From contig JBAZMT010000001.1 of the NCBI GenBank assembly GCA_041649615.1, positions 26,981 to 90,980 of the forward strand: 64,000 nt of DNA, in the 5' to 3' direction. Below, piece after piece: positions 9,628-19,784 of this stretch. Position 1 is the first letter of the stretch, and each line of letters starts with the position of its first letter. Both the position numbers and the translations under genes were made by a program. The notes under the pieces are model-generated. The model did no database searches. It saw only the letters and a program-made list of their open reading frames with translations, and was not told the DNA's origin. The stretch is from Parcubacteria group bacterium (GTDB lineage Bacteria > Patescibacteriota > Minisyncoccia > UBA6257 > Colwellbacteraceae).

Positions 9628-11327
9628 CTCATTCTCGGCGCGCTTCCGCCGTTACTGCCAAACATCATTACATTGCGGTTGCTTCCAGAAGCAGATTCGC
9701 TTGCGCGGCTCGCGGAAGAAGAATTGCCTGAAACTGTTCTTTCAATGACAACATCTCCTTCGTTTAGTCCCGAAATTATTTCAACGTAATCGTCATTTTG
9801 GATTCCGATCGTGACCGGGACATTTTCCGGAACGGTTGAAAGCGCCACGGCTACCGAAGCCAATTTGGACGGGGGATTTTTAACGACCGAAACATAACTT
9901 TTGCCGCCTTGCGTTTTAACGGCGCTCGCGGGCACCAAGAGAATGTTTGCTTTGGTTTCGGTGAATATGGTGGCATTCACGTTCATACCCGATCTAATTT
10001 GCTCGTTTTCCACGTCAAAAGCGATTTTTGCGCCATAGGTAACGACTCCCTGCGAGGAAGATCCTACGGCGTCAACTTCGGTGACGATACCGGTAATGGT
10101 TACGTTATCAACTGCGTCAAAATCAAGAACGGCTTTTTCTCCGGTTTTGACCTTTGCGACATCAACTTCGTTTAAGGAAATTTCGGCAATACTTTTATCG
10201 GTTACGATGGTCGCGATGGAAGAACCGGAAGAAACGGAATCGGAAGAAACCGAGTCGGCGTTTTTAATATTCATTTTGGCGACCGTGCCGTCAAAAGGGG
10301 CGCGAATGTAATAGTCGCCCAATTTTTCCTTGGCGTCGGTTAAGGCGTTTTCTCTTTGAGTGAGGGAAATTTTGGCGGTCAAGGGATCCAGTGCGTCGCG
10401 AAGAGCGCTTTTGCGGGCAGAGAGTTCGGAAAGGCGGGAATTAAGAGCGGAGATGTAGCCGTCAACGGTTCTCAAGTCTTCCGTGATGGAAGCGGGGACG
10501 GTCTCGTTTCGATTGTTGAAATCGTCGCGAACGACGGTAAGGAAAACACGAGCACTTTCCGCCGTATCAAAGACGGCTTTGACGAGATTATAGGACGATG
10601 CGAGAGAAGAAAGCAGTTCATCGTGATCATCGCCTTGAAGAACGACTTTAGCCGAAGCTGACTTATAAAGTGAAACGGCGTTCAAGTAATTTTCATCGGC
10701 GAGCAAGGCGGCCGATGAAGCTTTATCCCGGCTGTTTTGAGTAAGACTTTTATAGTAATTGAAATTAGTCATGTATGAATAACCTCTGTCGTTTTCATAC
10801 ATTAGGTCGTCAAGATCTGATATGGTATCCGACATGGCCACAAGGGAACTAGAAACGGAATCGCGACTATTTATAATTTCACGGTTAAGCGAATCTTCGG
10901 TTGCTCTTGTTGTTTTTTCATAACTTAATCTTGCGTTCTCCAGATTAAGCTCTGCATCCCGAACGGCTTTTGCCGCGTTCTCATCGTCTATGCGGGCGAT
11001 AAGCTGCCCCTTTTCTACTTTGTCGCCGACTTTTACGCCGACGTAGACCACATCGCCCGAGACTTTTGGTTTGATGTCCACCTGGCTTTCGGCGATTACC
11101 GTTCCGCTGCCGGAGACGCTTGAAGAAATATTGTCTTTTATCGCGGCGGCCAAAACGTATTTGGTTTCATTCTTTCCTTGAGAAACTAGTTTAACTATGA
11201 CTATGACGGCGATAACGACCGCAAGGGCGATCATGATAGAAATGACCTTATGAGCCTTCATGAATCTACGAACGGCGTTTATAGCCAGTTTTATTTTTTC
11301 TTTCATTTTTTTTGTTTTTTGGGGCAA
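9624..11327 (-). CDS. HlyD/MacA-family periplasmic adaptor (membrane-fusion protein) with long coiled coil
   Basis: N-terminal TM anchor, biotinyl/lipoyl-like beta hairpins, about 250 aa of coiled coil, C-terminal beta-barrel. 4-bp overlap with the downstream ABC ATPase. Confidence 0.75.
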   Translation of the reverse strand: MPQKTKKMKEKIKLAINAVRRFMKAHKVISIMIALAVVIAVIVIVKLVSQGKNETKYVLAAAIKDNISSSVSGSGTVIAESQVDIKPKVSGDVVYVGVKVGDKVEKGQLIARIDDENAAKAVRDAELNLENARLSYEKTTRATEDSLNREIINSRDSVSSSLVAMSDTISDLDDLMYENDRGYSYMTNFNYYKSLTQNSRDKASSAALLADENYLNAVSLYKSASAKVVLQGDDHDELLSSLASSYNLVKAVFDTAESARVFLTVVRDDFNNRNETVPASITEDLRTVDGYISALNSRLSELSARKSALRDALDPLTAKISLTQRENALTDAKEKLGDYYIRAPFDGTVAKMNIKNADSVSSDSVSSGSSIATIVTDKSIAEISLNEVDVAKVKTGEKAVLDFDAVDNVTITGIVTEVDAVGSSSQGVVTYGAKIAFDVENEQIRSGMNVNATIFTETKANILLVPASAVKTQGGKSYVSVVKNPPSKLASVAVALSTVPENVPVTIGIQNDDYVEIISGLNEGDVVIERTVSGNSSSASRASESASGSNRNVMMFGSNGGSAPRMR

Positions 11328-11449
11328 AAAAGCCCTTTTACTTCAGGTAATAATAAACTCCTAAAGGCAGAAAAAATCAATAAATTCTCTTGACAAAAAA
11401 CTATAAATATGATACGGTGGGGGTGTAATCTGATAAAAATGGCGTAAGC

Positions 11450-11490
11450 TAAAAAAAACACCGTATTTCTGCGGTGTTTTTTTTATTTTT
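11450..11490 (-). terminator. rho-independent terminator (bidirectional)
   Basis: aacaccgtatttctgcggtgtt hairpin flanked by A-run and T-run. Lies immediately downstream of the minus-strand gene 11494..12087. Confidence 0.55.
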
Positions 11491-11493
11491 TAA

Positions 11494-12087
11494 TTATTGG
11501 CACTTAAATTGCGCGCGGCAATCTGTTTTCATTTCCTCAACGGGATACAAGTCGCAGATGGCGCATTGGTCCGATGTGGCCTGAATTTCGCCACTTCCGT
11601 CCATAAACGTTTGGAACGTTATGTTTGACGGCAATTCAAAGACGGAATAATCGTCTATCGTTTCTTTACAATTCATATTGAATCCTCGGACGAAATCAAT
11701 ATTTATGTTGCGTGAATCACTGAAAGATTGGTCGCTCATATCTCCCACATATATTTTCACTCCGTTATTACTGCCGGTTTCCCACGTATAAGCATATCCG
11801 TCTTTAATGAGACTATGATTGCTTAAGGTTTCTCCGTCGGAGGAGATAGTTTGATCCTGTCTTATTTTTCCTTCCGTTACGTATATTTTGTAATCTATCT
11901 CGCTTCCCGACGTATTATCTAAAACCGTGCAGGTTACCGACTTATTGGATGCGATAAGCTCGTTAAGCGATTCCGTTATGGTCATTTCGCTTCCGCCATC
12001 CGCGGAGTTCTTAATGTAGATGTATACTCCCGCTCCTGCGGCGATTATCGCAATGACAATGCCTATTATTATGAATATTTTGCTCAT
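11494..12087 (-). CDS. hypothetical secreted/membrane-anchored protein (Cys-containing)
   Basis: 197 aa with N-terminal TM/signal IFIIIGIVIAIIAAGAGVYIYI. No family recognised. Confidence 0.5.
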   Translation of the reverse strand: MSKIFIIIGIVIAIIAAGAGVYIYIKNSADGGSEMTITESLNELIASNKSVTCTVLDNTSGSEIDYKIYVTEGKIRQDQTISSDGETLSNHSLIKDGYAYTWETGSNNGVKIYVGDMSDQSFSDSRNINIDFVRGFNMNCKETIDDYSVFELPSNITFQTFMDGSGEIQATSDQCAICDLYPVEEMKTDCRAQFKCQ

Positions 12088-12126
12088 GCCTTTATTTTAC
12101 GACAAGCGCTTGACCTGTGTCACTCG

Positions 12127-12603
12127 TCAGTTACTAATTATCTTTAGTTCTTTAAGCCATTCGCACCAAACGGGTTCAATTCCGGGATTCTGTTCCCAAT
12201 CCTCTCGGCTTATTTGCCCTTTGAGATATTTTTCGGTTTTTAACGCCAATAAATTCAGTTCGTCTTTATCGTAAAAACCGACTTGTTTCGTTTCTTCTTC
12301 GCTGGCTTTGATTTCTCCGTTTGTATTTACTTCATAAATTTTCCAATAATGCCAATTTCCGTCTTCGCGGCGGCAATGATTTTCTTTCCGTCCTTCCGTA
12401 AGAAGTTTAATATCGTTGCCAATCAAGCCGACTTCTTCTTGCAATTCACGTTTGGCGGCCGATTCAAAGTCGTCTCCGTCTCCATCCACGTGCCCGGCAG
12501 GAGGAGCGAAACCGAAAGGAAATCTTTTTCTTTCAATTAAAAGCAGCCGATCATTTTTCCAAACCAACATGCCAACGCTTTTATGATCGCATCTATCGGG
12601 CAT
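12127..12603 (-). CDS. NUDIX hydrolase
   Basis: Canonical Nudix box GHVDGDGDDFESAAKRELQEEVGL (G-x5-E-x7-REUxEExGU). Confidence 0.75.
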   Translation of the reverse strand: MPDRCDHKSVGMLVWKNDRLLLIERKRFPFGFAPPAGHVDGDGDDFESAAKRELQEEVGLIGNDIKLLTEGRKENHCRREDGNWHYWKIYEVNTNGEIKASEEETKQVGFYDKDELNLLALKTEKYLKGQISREDWEQNPGIEPVWCEWLKELKIISN

Positions 12604-12604
12604 A

Positions 12605-12991
12605 TTATTGCAGTTTTTTGGCTAATTCTTCCGGAGAAGAAATTATTTCTCTGAATAAGACGTGCCGGCACAATTCATCATCTTTTGCCAAAGCGTATAA
12701 CGGCTTTCCGGAGGCTACCGCGTAGCCAATCTCCAGAGTTGTGCTGTTGCCGGAGTATCCGTCCTTATTGTAGACAAAAACGGCATCGGCCATTTTAATT
12801 TTATAGAAATGATCATGGGTCAATCCCAGAGCGATGAATTTTTGATAATCTTCCGACAGCCTTTCCCATTCTTCCTGCCCGGAATGGAGATACGGTTCAT
12901 ATACGACTACGCCCAATTCTTTAAGTTTTTTTGCAAATTCCCTTATTTCCGGTTTAAAACGGCGACTGCCGCACATTACGATTGATTTCAT
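12605..12991 (-). CDS. nucleoside 2-deoxyribosyltransferase-like protein
   Basis: 128-aa Rossmann-like pattern: MCGSRRF N-terminus and ADAVFVYNKDGYSGNSTTLEIGYAVASGKPLYAL C-terminus, as in the N-deoxyribosyltransferase-like superfamily. Stop is 2 bp from the NUDIX start. Confidence 0.5.
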   Translation of the reverse strand: MKSIVMCGSRRFKPEIREFAKKLKELGVVVYEPYLHSGQEEWERLSEDYQKFIALGLTHDHFYKIKMADAVFVYNKDGYSGNSTTLEIGYAVASGKPLYALAKDDELCRHVLFREIISSPEELAKKLQ

Positions 12992-13061
12992 ACGGCTATT
13001 CTAAATCATTCACGATCTTTTAAAAAACGAACCGGGGTTTTGGTTTTTGGAGCAGGGGATA

Positions 13062-15773
13062 TTAAGCCTCGTCGGCTTTAGGCAAAAGAAGCAATTTATT
13101 GGAGAGAAACTTCATTTTTAGCATATCAATGAGGACGATTTCGCATACGTTCACGGCAAGGATTATTATCCACTCTTTTGGCGAAAGAGCGACGGTTGAA
13201 AGTAATTTTTGAAGGACGGGAATGTAGATTGATCCAAGAACCATAAGAAAGCTGATTATAACGGCGCCAGTGAGCCAGCGGTTATTAAATAAACTTTTTC
13301 GCCAAATATTCCTATTGAATGAGCGCAAGGAGAACGCGAGAAGGAAGGATTCAAGGCACATGAGGACCATAACCATTGTTCTGGTTTTTTCCAAGTCTCC
13401 GGTTATGGACAAAGCAGTCAAATACAACGCCGTTGCAACGATACCACTCAAAAAGAAAGAGGTTATCATCCATAGCAATATAGGTTTGTTCACGACCGAT
13501 TCTCCCGGTTTTCTCGGGGGTTCCTGCATAATTCCGTCACGTTCTTCTTCTATAGTGAGCGCTATATCCGGAAGACCGCTTTCTACGAGATTTACGAAAA
13601 GAAGTTGCGCGGCGATCAAAGGAAGTGGAAGACCGAACGCGATAGAGAACAGAAATATGAAGAATTGGGAAAAATCTTGAGTGATAAGATACAAAAATAC
13701 TCTGCGGATGTTGTTAAAAATGATTCTGCCTTCTTCAATGGCTTTTACGATTGTGTTGAATCCGCTGTCCATAAGCACGATGTCGGCCACTTCGCGAGCC
13801 GCATCTATTTCGGGATTTACCGCAACGCCGATATTTGCCGCTTTTAGCGCGGGAGCATCATTAACGCCATCGCCAAACATTGCCACGGTTTCGCCAAGCT
13901 CTTGAAACGCTTGGACGATTCGCAACTTATGGCGCGGCGAAACTCTCGCGTACAATAACGTATTCTTGGTAGCTGCCTTGAGATCGGCATCGCTCATTTC
14001 TTCAATTTGGTGCCCAAGAAGGACTTGATCCTTGGTTATCGGAAGCCCGATTTTTTCGACAACCGCAAGGGCGGTCATATAGTGATCTCCTGTTACGATT
14101 ACCGTTCTAATTCCCGCATCACGCGTTTTCTCAAACGCACGCGGCACTTCTTTTCTGACGGGGTCATTTAGGGCGATGAGTCCGATGAGACTTAGACCTT
14201 TAATTTCCGAGCTCACATTATCGTTTTTTTTCCAGGAAGAAATTTCTTTTTCTACGCAGGCGACAAGGCGAAAACCTTGCTTGGCATACGTTTCTATCTG
14301 TTCTATGACTTCTTTATACGCTTTGCTTCTTTTTTTCTCATATCCTTCAGAGGTTTTAATAAAGGAAATGTGTTCAAGCATTTGCTCCGGCGCTCCGACA
14401 GCGTAAAGAAAGACATGACCCGACTGATCTTGTCTGACCGAAGCCGAATATTTGCGTTCGGAAGAAAAAAAGAGGGTATCAAGCACGACGCGCTCCTGAT
14501 CAAGAATGTCTTTTTTTAAGCCGTATTTGAATCCGGCGCGCAGAAAAGCTTGTTCAATTGATCTGCCGCGGATTACGAGCTTTTCATAAGGATCGTCAGG
14601 GTTTTCAATGAACGCGTCGCTTGAAAGCAGCGAAGCTTCAAGAGTCTGCCTGGCTAGCACGGGTAATTGAGAATTATTGCCGTTTGTTTCCGTGATTCCC
14701 TCGGCCGTGATAATGCTACTTACCGCCGTAGTTCCAAGCGTGAGAGTACCGGTTTTATCGGTGCAAATGACTGTAACCCCGCCCAGGGTTTCCATTGCCG
14801 CAAGCCTCCGGACCAACGCTTTTTGTTTAATGATGCGTCTCATGCCGAAAGTGAGAACGATAGTGATTGCGGGCAGGAGCCCTTCGGGAATAGAGGAGAC
14901 GAAAAGAGCCAGCGCTATCGCGAATATTTCCGCAAACGACCGGCCGGCAATATAACCCTCAATGACGATCAAAAGTATGACTAGGGAGATAAAAAGACCG
15001 ACTATTTTTAAAAGACCGCCAACCGTTTTTTGCAGGGGAGTCGGCTCTTCAGGAGTTTCCCTAAGCAGTGAAACAATATCTCCGTATTCCGTGCGCAATC
15101 CGGTTTCTACCACCACAATTTTTGCCGATCCTTCTTCAACGAGAGTGCCCATGAAAACCATAGACGTTCTTTCGCCGATTTCGGTAACTTCCAAAGATTG
15201 ATTAAGCTGTTTTTCAACGGATTTCGCTTCGCCAGTGAGATTTGATTCGTCAATTCTCAAACCGTTTAATTCAAAGATCCGGCCGTCCGCCGGAACTTTA
15301 TCTCCCACCCGGAGTATGACCACGTCTCCCGGAACGAGTTCGGATGCCAAAACTTCTTGTTCTCTTCCTCCGCGCAGAACTCGGGTCTCTTGTTTTATGA
15401 GTCCTTTAAGGGCATTAAGCGATTTGTTGGCTTTATATTCTTGGTAAAATCCGACCGAAGCATTGCTTAGCGTTACGATGATTATGAAAATAGTGTTGGA
15501 AACGTTGCCGATAAAATAGGAAATGAACGTGGCCAAAATCATCAAATACATGAGCGGGCTGCGGAATTGGTTTACAAAAAGTTTCCAAGGCGGTTCACCT
15601 TCGTTTTGCGGCAATTCATTTAAACCAAAAGATTGCAGTCTCTTTGCCGCTTCAACGTTTGATAATCCTTCCGGAGAACTCTTTATTTCCTGCCATACCT
15701 CTTCAAGAGAAAGAGCGAACCACTTCTTCTTTTCGGTTGAAGCACGCGGGCGTAAAATTTTTTTAAAATTCAT
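13062..15773 (-). CDS. P-type cation-transporting ATPase (P2-type, Ca2+/Mg2+-like)
   Basis: CTDKTGTLT phosphorylation motif, TGDHYMTA, MFGDGVNDAPALK. 903 aa with 10 TM segments. Confidence 0.9.
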   Translation of the reverse strand: MNFKKILRPRASTEKKKWFALSLEEVWQEIKSSPEGLSNVEAAKRLQSFGLNELPQNEGEPPWKLFVNQFRSPLMYLMILATFISYFIGNVSNTIFIIIVTLSNASVGFYQEYKANKSLNALKGLIKQETRVLRGGREQEVLASELVPGDVVILRVGDKVPADGRIFELNGLRIDESNLTGEAKSVEKQLNQSLEVTEIGERTSMVFMGTLVEEGSAKIVVVETGLRTEYGDIVSLLRETPEEPTPLQKTVGGLLKIVGLFISLVILLIVIEGYIAGRSFAEIFAIALALFVSSIPEGLLPAITIVLTFGMRRIIKQKALVRRLAAMETLGGVTVICTDKTGTLTLGTTAVSSIITAEGITETNGNNSQLPVLARQTLEASLLSSDAFIENPDDPYEKLVIRGRSIEQAFLRAGFKYGLKKDILDQERVVLDTLFFSSERKYSASVRQDQSGHVFLYAVGAPEQMLEHISFIKTSEGYEKKRSKAYKEVIEQIETYAKQGFRLVACVEKEISSWKKNDNVSSEIKGLSLIGLIALNDPVRKEVPRAFEKTRDAGIRTVIVTGDHYMTALAVVEKIGLPITKDQVLLGHQIEEMSDADLKAATKNTLLYARVSPRHKLRIVQAFQELGETVAMFGDGVNDAPALKAANIGVAVNPEIDAAREVADIVLMDSGFNTIVKAIEEGRIIFNNIRRVFLYLITQDFSQFFIFLFSIAFGLPLPLIAAQLLFVNLVESGLPDIALTIEEERDGIMQEPPRKPGESVVNKPILLWMITSFFLSGIVATALYLTALSITGDLEKTRTMVMVLMCLESFLLAFSLRSFNRNIWRKSLFNNRWLTGAVIISFLMVLGSIYIPVLQKLLSTVALSPKEWIIILAVNVCEIVLIDMLKMKFLSNKLLLLPKADEA

Positions 15774-15872
15774 ATCAAAATTGTCTTAATTTTATCTTTT
15801 TTTGCCTTTTTAAAGAAATCAAACGGAAAATTTGGCGCCAAACGAACAGAAAAATGGCATAATAGATATAGG

Positions 15873-18800
15873 TTGGCAAATAATTGTAAAATAAAGCAAA
15901 TGCACCATAAATCTAGAAAACTGCGTTCCGTGTTTTTGATTGCCGGGGTTGTTGCGTTACTTACGGGTACGGCGTATGCCGCGAACGTTGCTCGCGACAT
16001 GCTTGTTTACCGCGGCACCATTACATCGGTTCCGGTCTATAGGACTCATGACGGATCGACTTTCTCAAGTGAAAGCTCCGCTTTGTCCGTCAGCGTCGCC
16101 ATTAACAACATAAAAGTCGTTTCGAAACCGGGAACGGGCGCCGTTGAAAAAGTAATGTGCGCGACCAACACCTCTAACGACGTGTATTGCCAAGTTTACA
16201 ATGGAGCTTCTTGGGGAAATTCCATTACGCTTTCAACCGCCACCGGAGGACAAAGAGCTTTCGATCTGGCCTACGAGAGCGTTTCCGGTCGTGCCGTGGC
16301 TTGTTATCGCAGTCCGTTGAATACCCAGATGCCGTATTGCGCGATTTGGGATGGGTCAAGTTGGGGGACGCCTTTTACCGCAACGGCGACAGGTTCGGCT
16401 CTTACGACAATGCGATTGATTTCCGATCCGAACTCAAATTATATCGCGCTCATTACCCGCAACGGCGGGAACGACCTCAATACGCAAATTTGGAACGGAT
16501 CTTCTTTCAGCGCGATTCAATCCTTGACGGCGAACGGCTCGAATTGCGCAGGGTGTTTGTCCTATGCTGGCGCGTGGGAGGGAAGTTCCGGAGATTTTGT
16601 AGCCGGATGGTTTGATAACACTACGGGTAATTTACAAAGCAAAGAGTTCAATAAAACATCGGGTTGGGTAGCGACAATTAACAATGTAATTACTTCTGTA
16701 TCGACCGCCAATGTGTGGATTGAAATGGCTTCGCGACCTTTTGCGAACGATATTCTCGTGGCGGTTTTGGACGGTAGTAGCGTATTAAGAGCCAATCATT
16801 GGTCGGGCTCTAACTGGGATACAACAGGAACGACGGCAATAACACTCGCTTCGCCGATTTCGGGCACGGTTTCGTCCACAAACCATTTATTCGACATCGC
16901 TTACGAGCAAAGGGCGGATTACGACGCAGTCGTCGCTTACGGCTCGACCGCGAGCAGTTTGCAATACCGCGTTTGGGATACCGGCACGAATACTTGGGGG
17001 ACCGCCGCAACTCTGCCGACGGCTTCGCAGAACGCGACGTGGCTGCAACTGGCATCGGATCCAAAATTGGCAAATATCATGTTGACGCTGCTTGGTTCTA
17101 CGAACATCGGCACTCTTGAATGGAACGGGAACGCCTGGGATCCTTCGTGGACGGCGCAAAGCACCGCGAGCAACGATAACCGCTGGAATGCCTGGTTCGC
17201 CTACGATAAAGAGGACGAGAACGATCATGCGCCGTCTATCGTCATAAATAGTGCCGCAGAGAAAACGAACGGATCGGGACTCGTCGATATTTCCGTTAGC
17301 GTGAGTGACGTCGGTTTGGATAACGCAAAACTAAAAGTGGAATACGGTGCGTGCGATGGAACTTGGCAAAACGCCGCGATTACAAGCTTAGTTTCAGCGA
17401 CCTATGGAACTCCGGACATCAGCGGCGGCGATTATCAAATAGGCACGAATACTCCGATTGTCACAAATCCAGCTATCACGGGCTCTAGCGCGAACACACT
17501 CACATTTTTATGGGATTCAAAAACGGATCTGGCAAACGGAAACGCAACGTATTGTTTAAGATTCACCGGACATGACGGTGTAAGCGCCACGGAAATTCCG
17601 CCGACGACAACGTTGATGATAGATAACGTGAGGCCAGCAGTCCCTACAGATTTTCAGGGAGTCGGCACAACTTCGTCTATACAGCACTTAAACTGGACGT
17701 CCGCGTCAGATACGAATTTTAACCATTATGAATTTTGGTACGGCACAGACCAAACAAAAGTTGAAGATCAGATAAGTTCTCCGGGCGAAGCCGTGGAGTT
17801 CGGCCCGGCTGATTTTCCAACCCTAAATAATGCGGCGACTTATCACGCCCATATTATGGAGCTTGACCCGCTAACGACATATCACTTTGCGTTGTGGGCG
17901 GTTGACGATTTTGGAAATGAAACAATGGCGATGCTCAAGTCAGGTTTGGACGCTCCAAATGATTCGGGCGACTCGCTTACTTATACGACTCTTGAAACGG
18001 ATTTTAACGCCACTCCGATTTCGGCTGTTCCAACGGATATGGAACAAGTGGAAAATGACACGCGATATGTAACTTTTAGCGCGAGGATTTACGACATAGA
18101 TTTGGATGATGTTTTGATGCGCGTGCGATTTGCGACGGATGCAGACGGTTTTGCGACTTTTAATAATGCCAATATTGTTTCAGCCGAAGTCATAAATCCC
18201 GTAACGGACCCCGAAGGTCCTTGGGATGACGATAACATTGCCATAGATAATACGTTTGATTTTCAGGTTGGAAAAGGAAATCCCATAAGCCTCAATGAGT
18301 TTACGCCTCACGAAGATCTTGACGGAAACTCCGAAGGCGCCGTTCTTCTGATAATTTGGGACACAAAAGCCAGTGAACTTAATGGTTTTGCCGGAGACGT
18401 AAAAATTCAAGTAACGCCAATGGATATAAACGGTCAGATCGGTTCAGTTTACACAAGCGCCGAATTTGAAATAGACGATAAATATCCCACTTTGACCGAG
18501 ATTATTCCCGTACCGCAATATACGAACGACGCAACGCCAAGTTACACTTTTAATTCGAACGATGTTGCGACCCTTGAGTACGATGGATCTTGCAATAGTT
18601 CAACGACGTCAATATCGGCGGGAAATAAGACAATAACTCTTTCCGTTCCGGGCGAGGGAACGTATGACGACTGCACTATCACGGCCACGGACGATAATTA
18701 TAATTCGGATCCCGTTTTATCGGTTCTACATATCACTCCGTTTGTCGTTGATACGACTTTGCCGACAGGGTTAGCGAGTCTTGCGGCCGGAACTTCAACA

Positions 18801-19520
18801 ACCACAACCCAACAATTAACCTGGAATTCCGCAACAGACGCGAATTTTGATCACTATGAGATATGGTACGGAACGAATCAGCCTGATGTGGAGAATCGTG
18901 CAGGTTCGGCAAAAAAATGGAGCGTCACGAATGATGTGACGCTTGGTATTGCGGTAACCACCGAAACAACGATTAGCGGATTAACCTCTGGAACCACTTA
19001 TTCCTATAAAATATGGGCGGCTGATATTGCGGGAAACGAAGCGACGATTTCCGGCATTTTTAAAGCCACGAGTTCTTCTGGCGGAGGAAACAATAACGGA
19101 GGGAGTGGGAAAGGAAGTTCCTATATTCCACCACCGCCCTTACCTATAGAACAAGCAAGTCTCGGAGAGCTTATAAATCAGGTAAGGATTCTTATCGGGC
19201 AATATGTCGCCGCCGGCGGCACGCTTACGCCGGGTATGGTCGCTTTTCTTGAAACAAGCAATATTTTGGCGCCATCATCGTTGCCGGTGAGGGATCTCCA
19301 ATTCGGAATGATCGGCGAGGACGTGCGTACTTTGCAGAGAATTTTGATTGATCTGGGATATGCCATACCATCCGGCGCAACCAGCCGGTTCCTATGGGAA
19401 ACGCAAGCAGCTCTTTCCGCCTATCAGCGCGACCATAAAATTTCTCCGGCAGTGGGAATGTTCGGCCCGGTCACAAGAGCCTATATGAAAGAAGCTGGCG
19501 TCCCCGGGATTTGGTGGTGA
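15873..19520 (+). CDS. large secreted surface protein with repeated Ig/FN3-like modules and C-terminal peptidoglycan-binding (PG_binding_1-like) domain
   Basis: 1215 aa. Signal peptide LIAGVVALLTGTAYAA. Internal repeats NWTSASDTNFNHYEFWYGTDQ / TWNSATDANFDHYEIWYGTNQ. C-terminal LQRILIDLGY...AYQRDHKI resembles PG-binding helix-bundle repeats. Confidence 0.7.
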   Translation: MANNCKIKQMHHKSRKLRSVFLIAGVVALLTGTAYAANVARDMLVYRGTITSVPVYRTHDGSTFSSESSALSVSVAINNIKVVSKPGTGAVEKVMCATNTSNDVYCQVYNGASWGNSITLSTATGGQRAFDLAYESVSGRAVACYRSPLNTQMPYCAIWDGSSWGTPFTATATGSALTTMRLISDPNSNYIALITRNGGNDLNTQIWNGSSFSAIQSLTANGSNCAGCLSYAGAWEGSSGDFVAGWFDNTTGNLQSKEFNKTSGWVATINNVITSVSTANVWIEMASRPFANDILVAVLDGSSVLRANHWSGSNWDTTGTTAITLASPISGTVSSTNHLFDIAYEQRADYDAVVAYGSTASSLQYRVWDTGTNTWGTAATLPTASQNATWLQLASDPKLANIMLTLLGSTNIGTLEWNGNAWDPSWTAQSTASNDNRWNAWFAYDKEDENDHAPSIVINSAAEKTNGSGLVDISVSVSDVGLDNAKLKVEYGACDGTWQNAAITSLVSATYGTPDISGGDYQIGTNTPIVTNPAITGSSANTLTFLWDSKTDLANGNATYCLRFTGHDGVSATEIPPTTTLMIDNVRPAVPTDFQGVGTTSSIQHLNWTSASDTNFNHYEFWYGTDQTKVEDQISSPGEAVEFGPADFPTLNNAATYHAHIMELDPLTTYHFALWAVDDFGNETMAMLKSGLDAPNDSGDSLTYTTLETDFNATPISAVPTDMEQVENDTRYVTFSARIYDIDLDDVLMRVRFATDADGFATFNNANIVSAEVINPVTDPEGPWDDDNIAIDNTFDFQVGKGNPISLNEFTPHEDLDGNSEGAVLLIIWDTKASELNGFAGDVKIQVTPMDINGQIGSVYTSAEFEIDDKYPTLTEIIPVPQYTNDATPSYTFNSNDVATLEYDGSCNSSTTSISAGNKTITLSVPGEGTYDDCTITATDDNYNSDPVLSVLHITPFVVDTTLPTGLASLAAGTSTTTTQQLTWNSATDANFDHYEIWYGTNQPDVENRAGSAKKWSVTNDVTLGIAVTTETTISGLTSGTTYSYKIWAADIAGNEATISGIFKATSSSGGGNNNGGSGKGSSYIPPPPLPIEQASLGELINQVRILIGQYVAAGGTLTPGMVAFLETSNILAPSSLPVRDLQFGMIGEDVRTLQRILIDLGYAIPSGATSRFLWETQAALSAYQRDHKISPAVGMFGPVTRAYMKEAGVPGIWW

Positions 19521-19784
19521 ATGGTAGAATTGTAATAATACTTTGTTTCAACTTCCTCCCAACTTTATATGGGATATCGTAAAAATGATGGGCTGGTTTT
19601 TTATCAAACTTTGGTATGTTTGGGTGATAGTGATAGGGATTAATTTATTTTATTGGTGGTTTGATAGATGGATTAGTAAAAAGAAAAGGGAATTAAGAAA
19701 AAAACGGAGATAAATCGCTTTTTTCTTAATATTGGCTAGAACCAATCAGAACAAGACCGTTAATTATAAGCGATAAAAAATGTA

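Noticed and set aside
16187-17228. Arg-rich ORFs (16187..16615 +, 16810..17073 -, 16887..17228 -) inside the large surface-protein gene
   Set aside because: Alternative-frame artefacts of a GC-richer stretch within a clearly coding 1215-aa gene.
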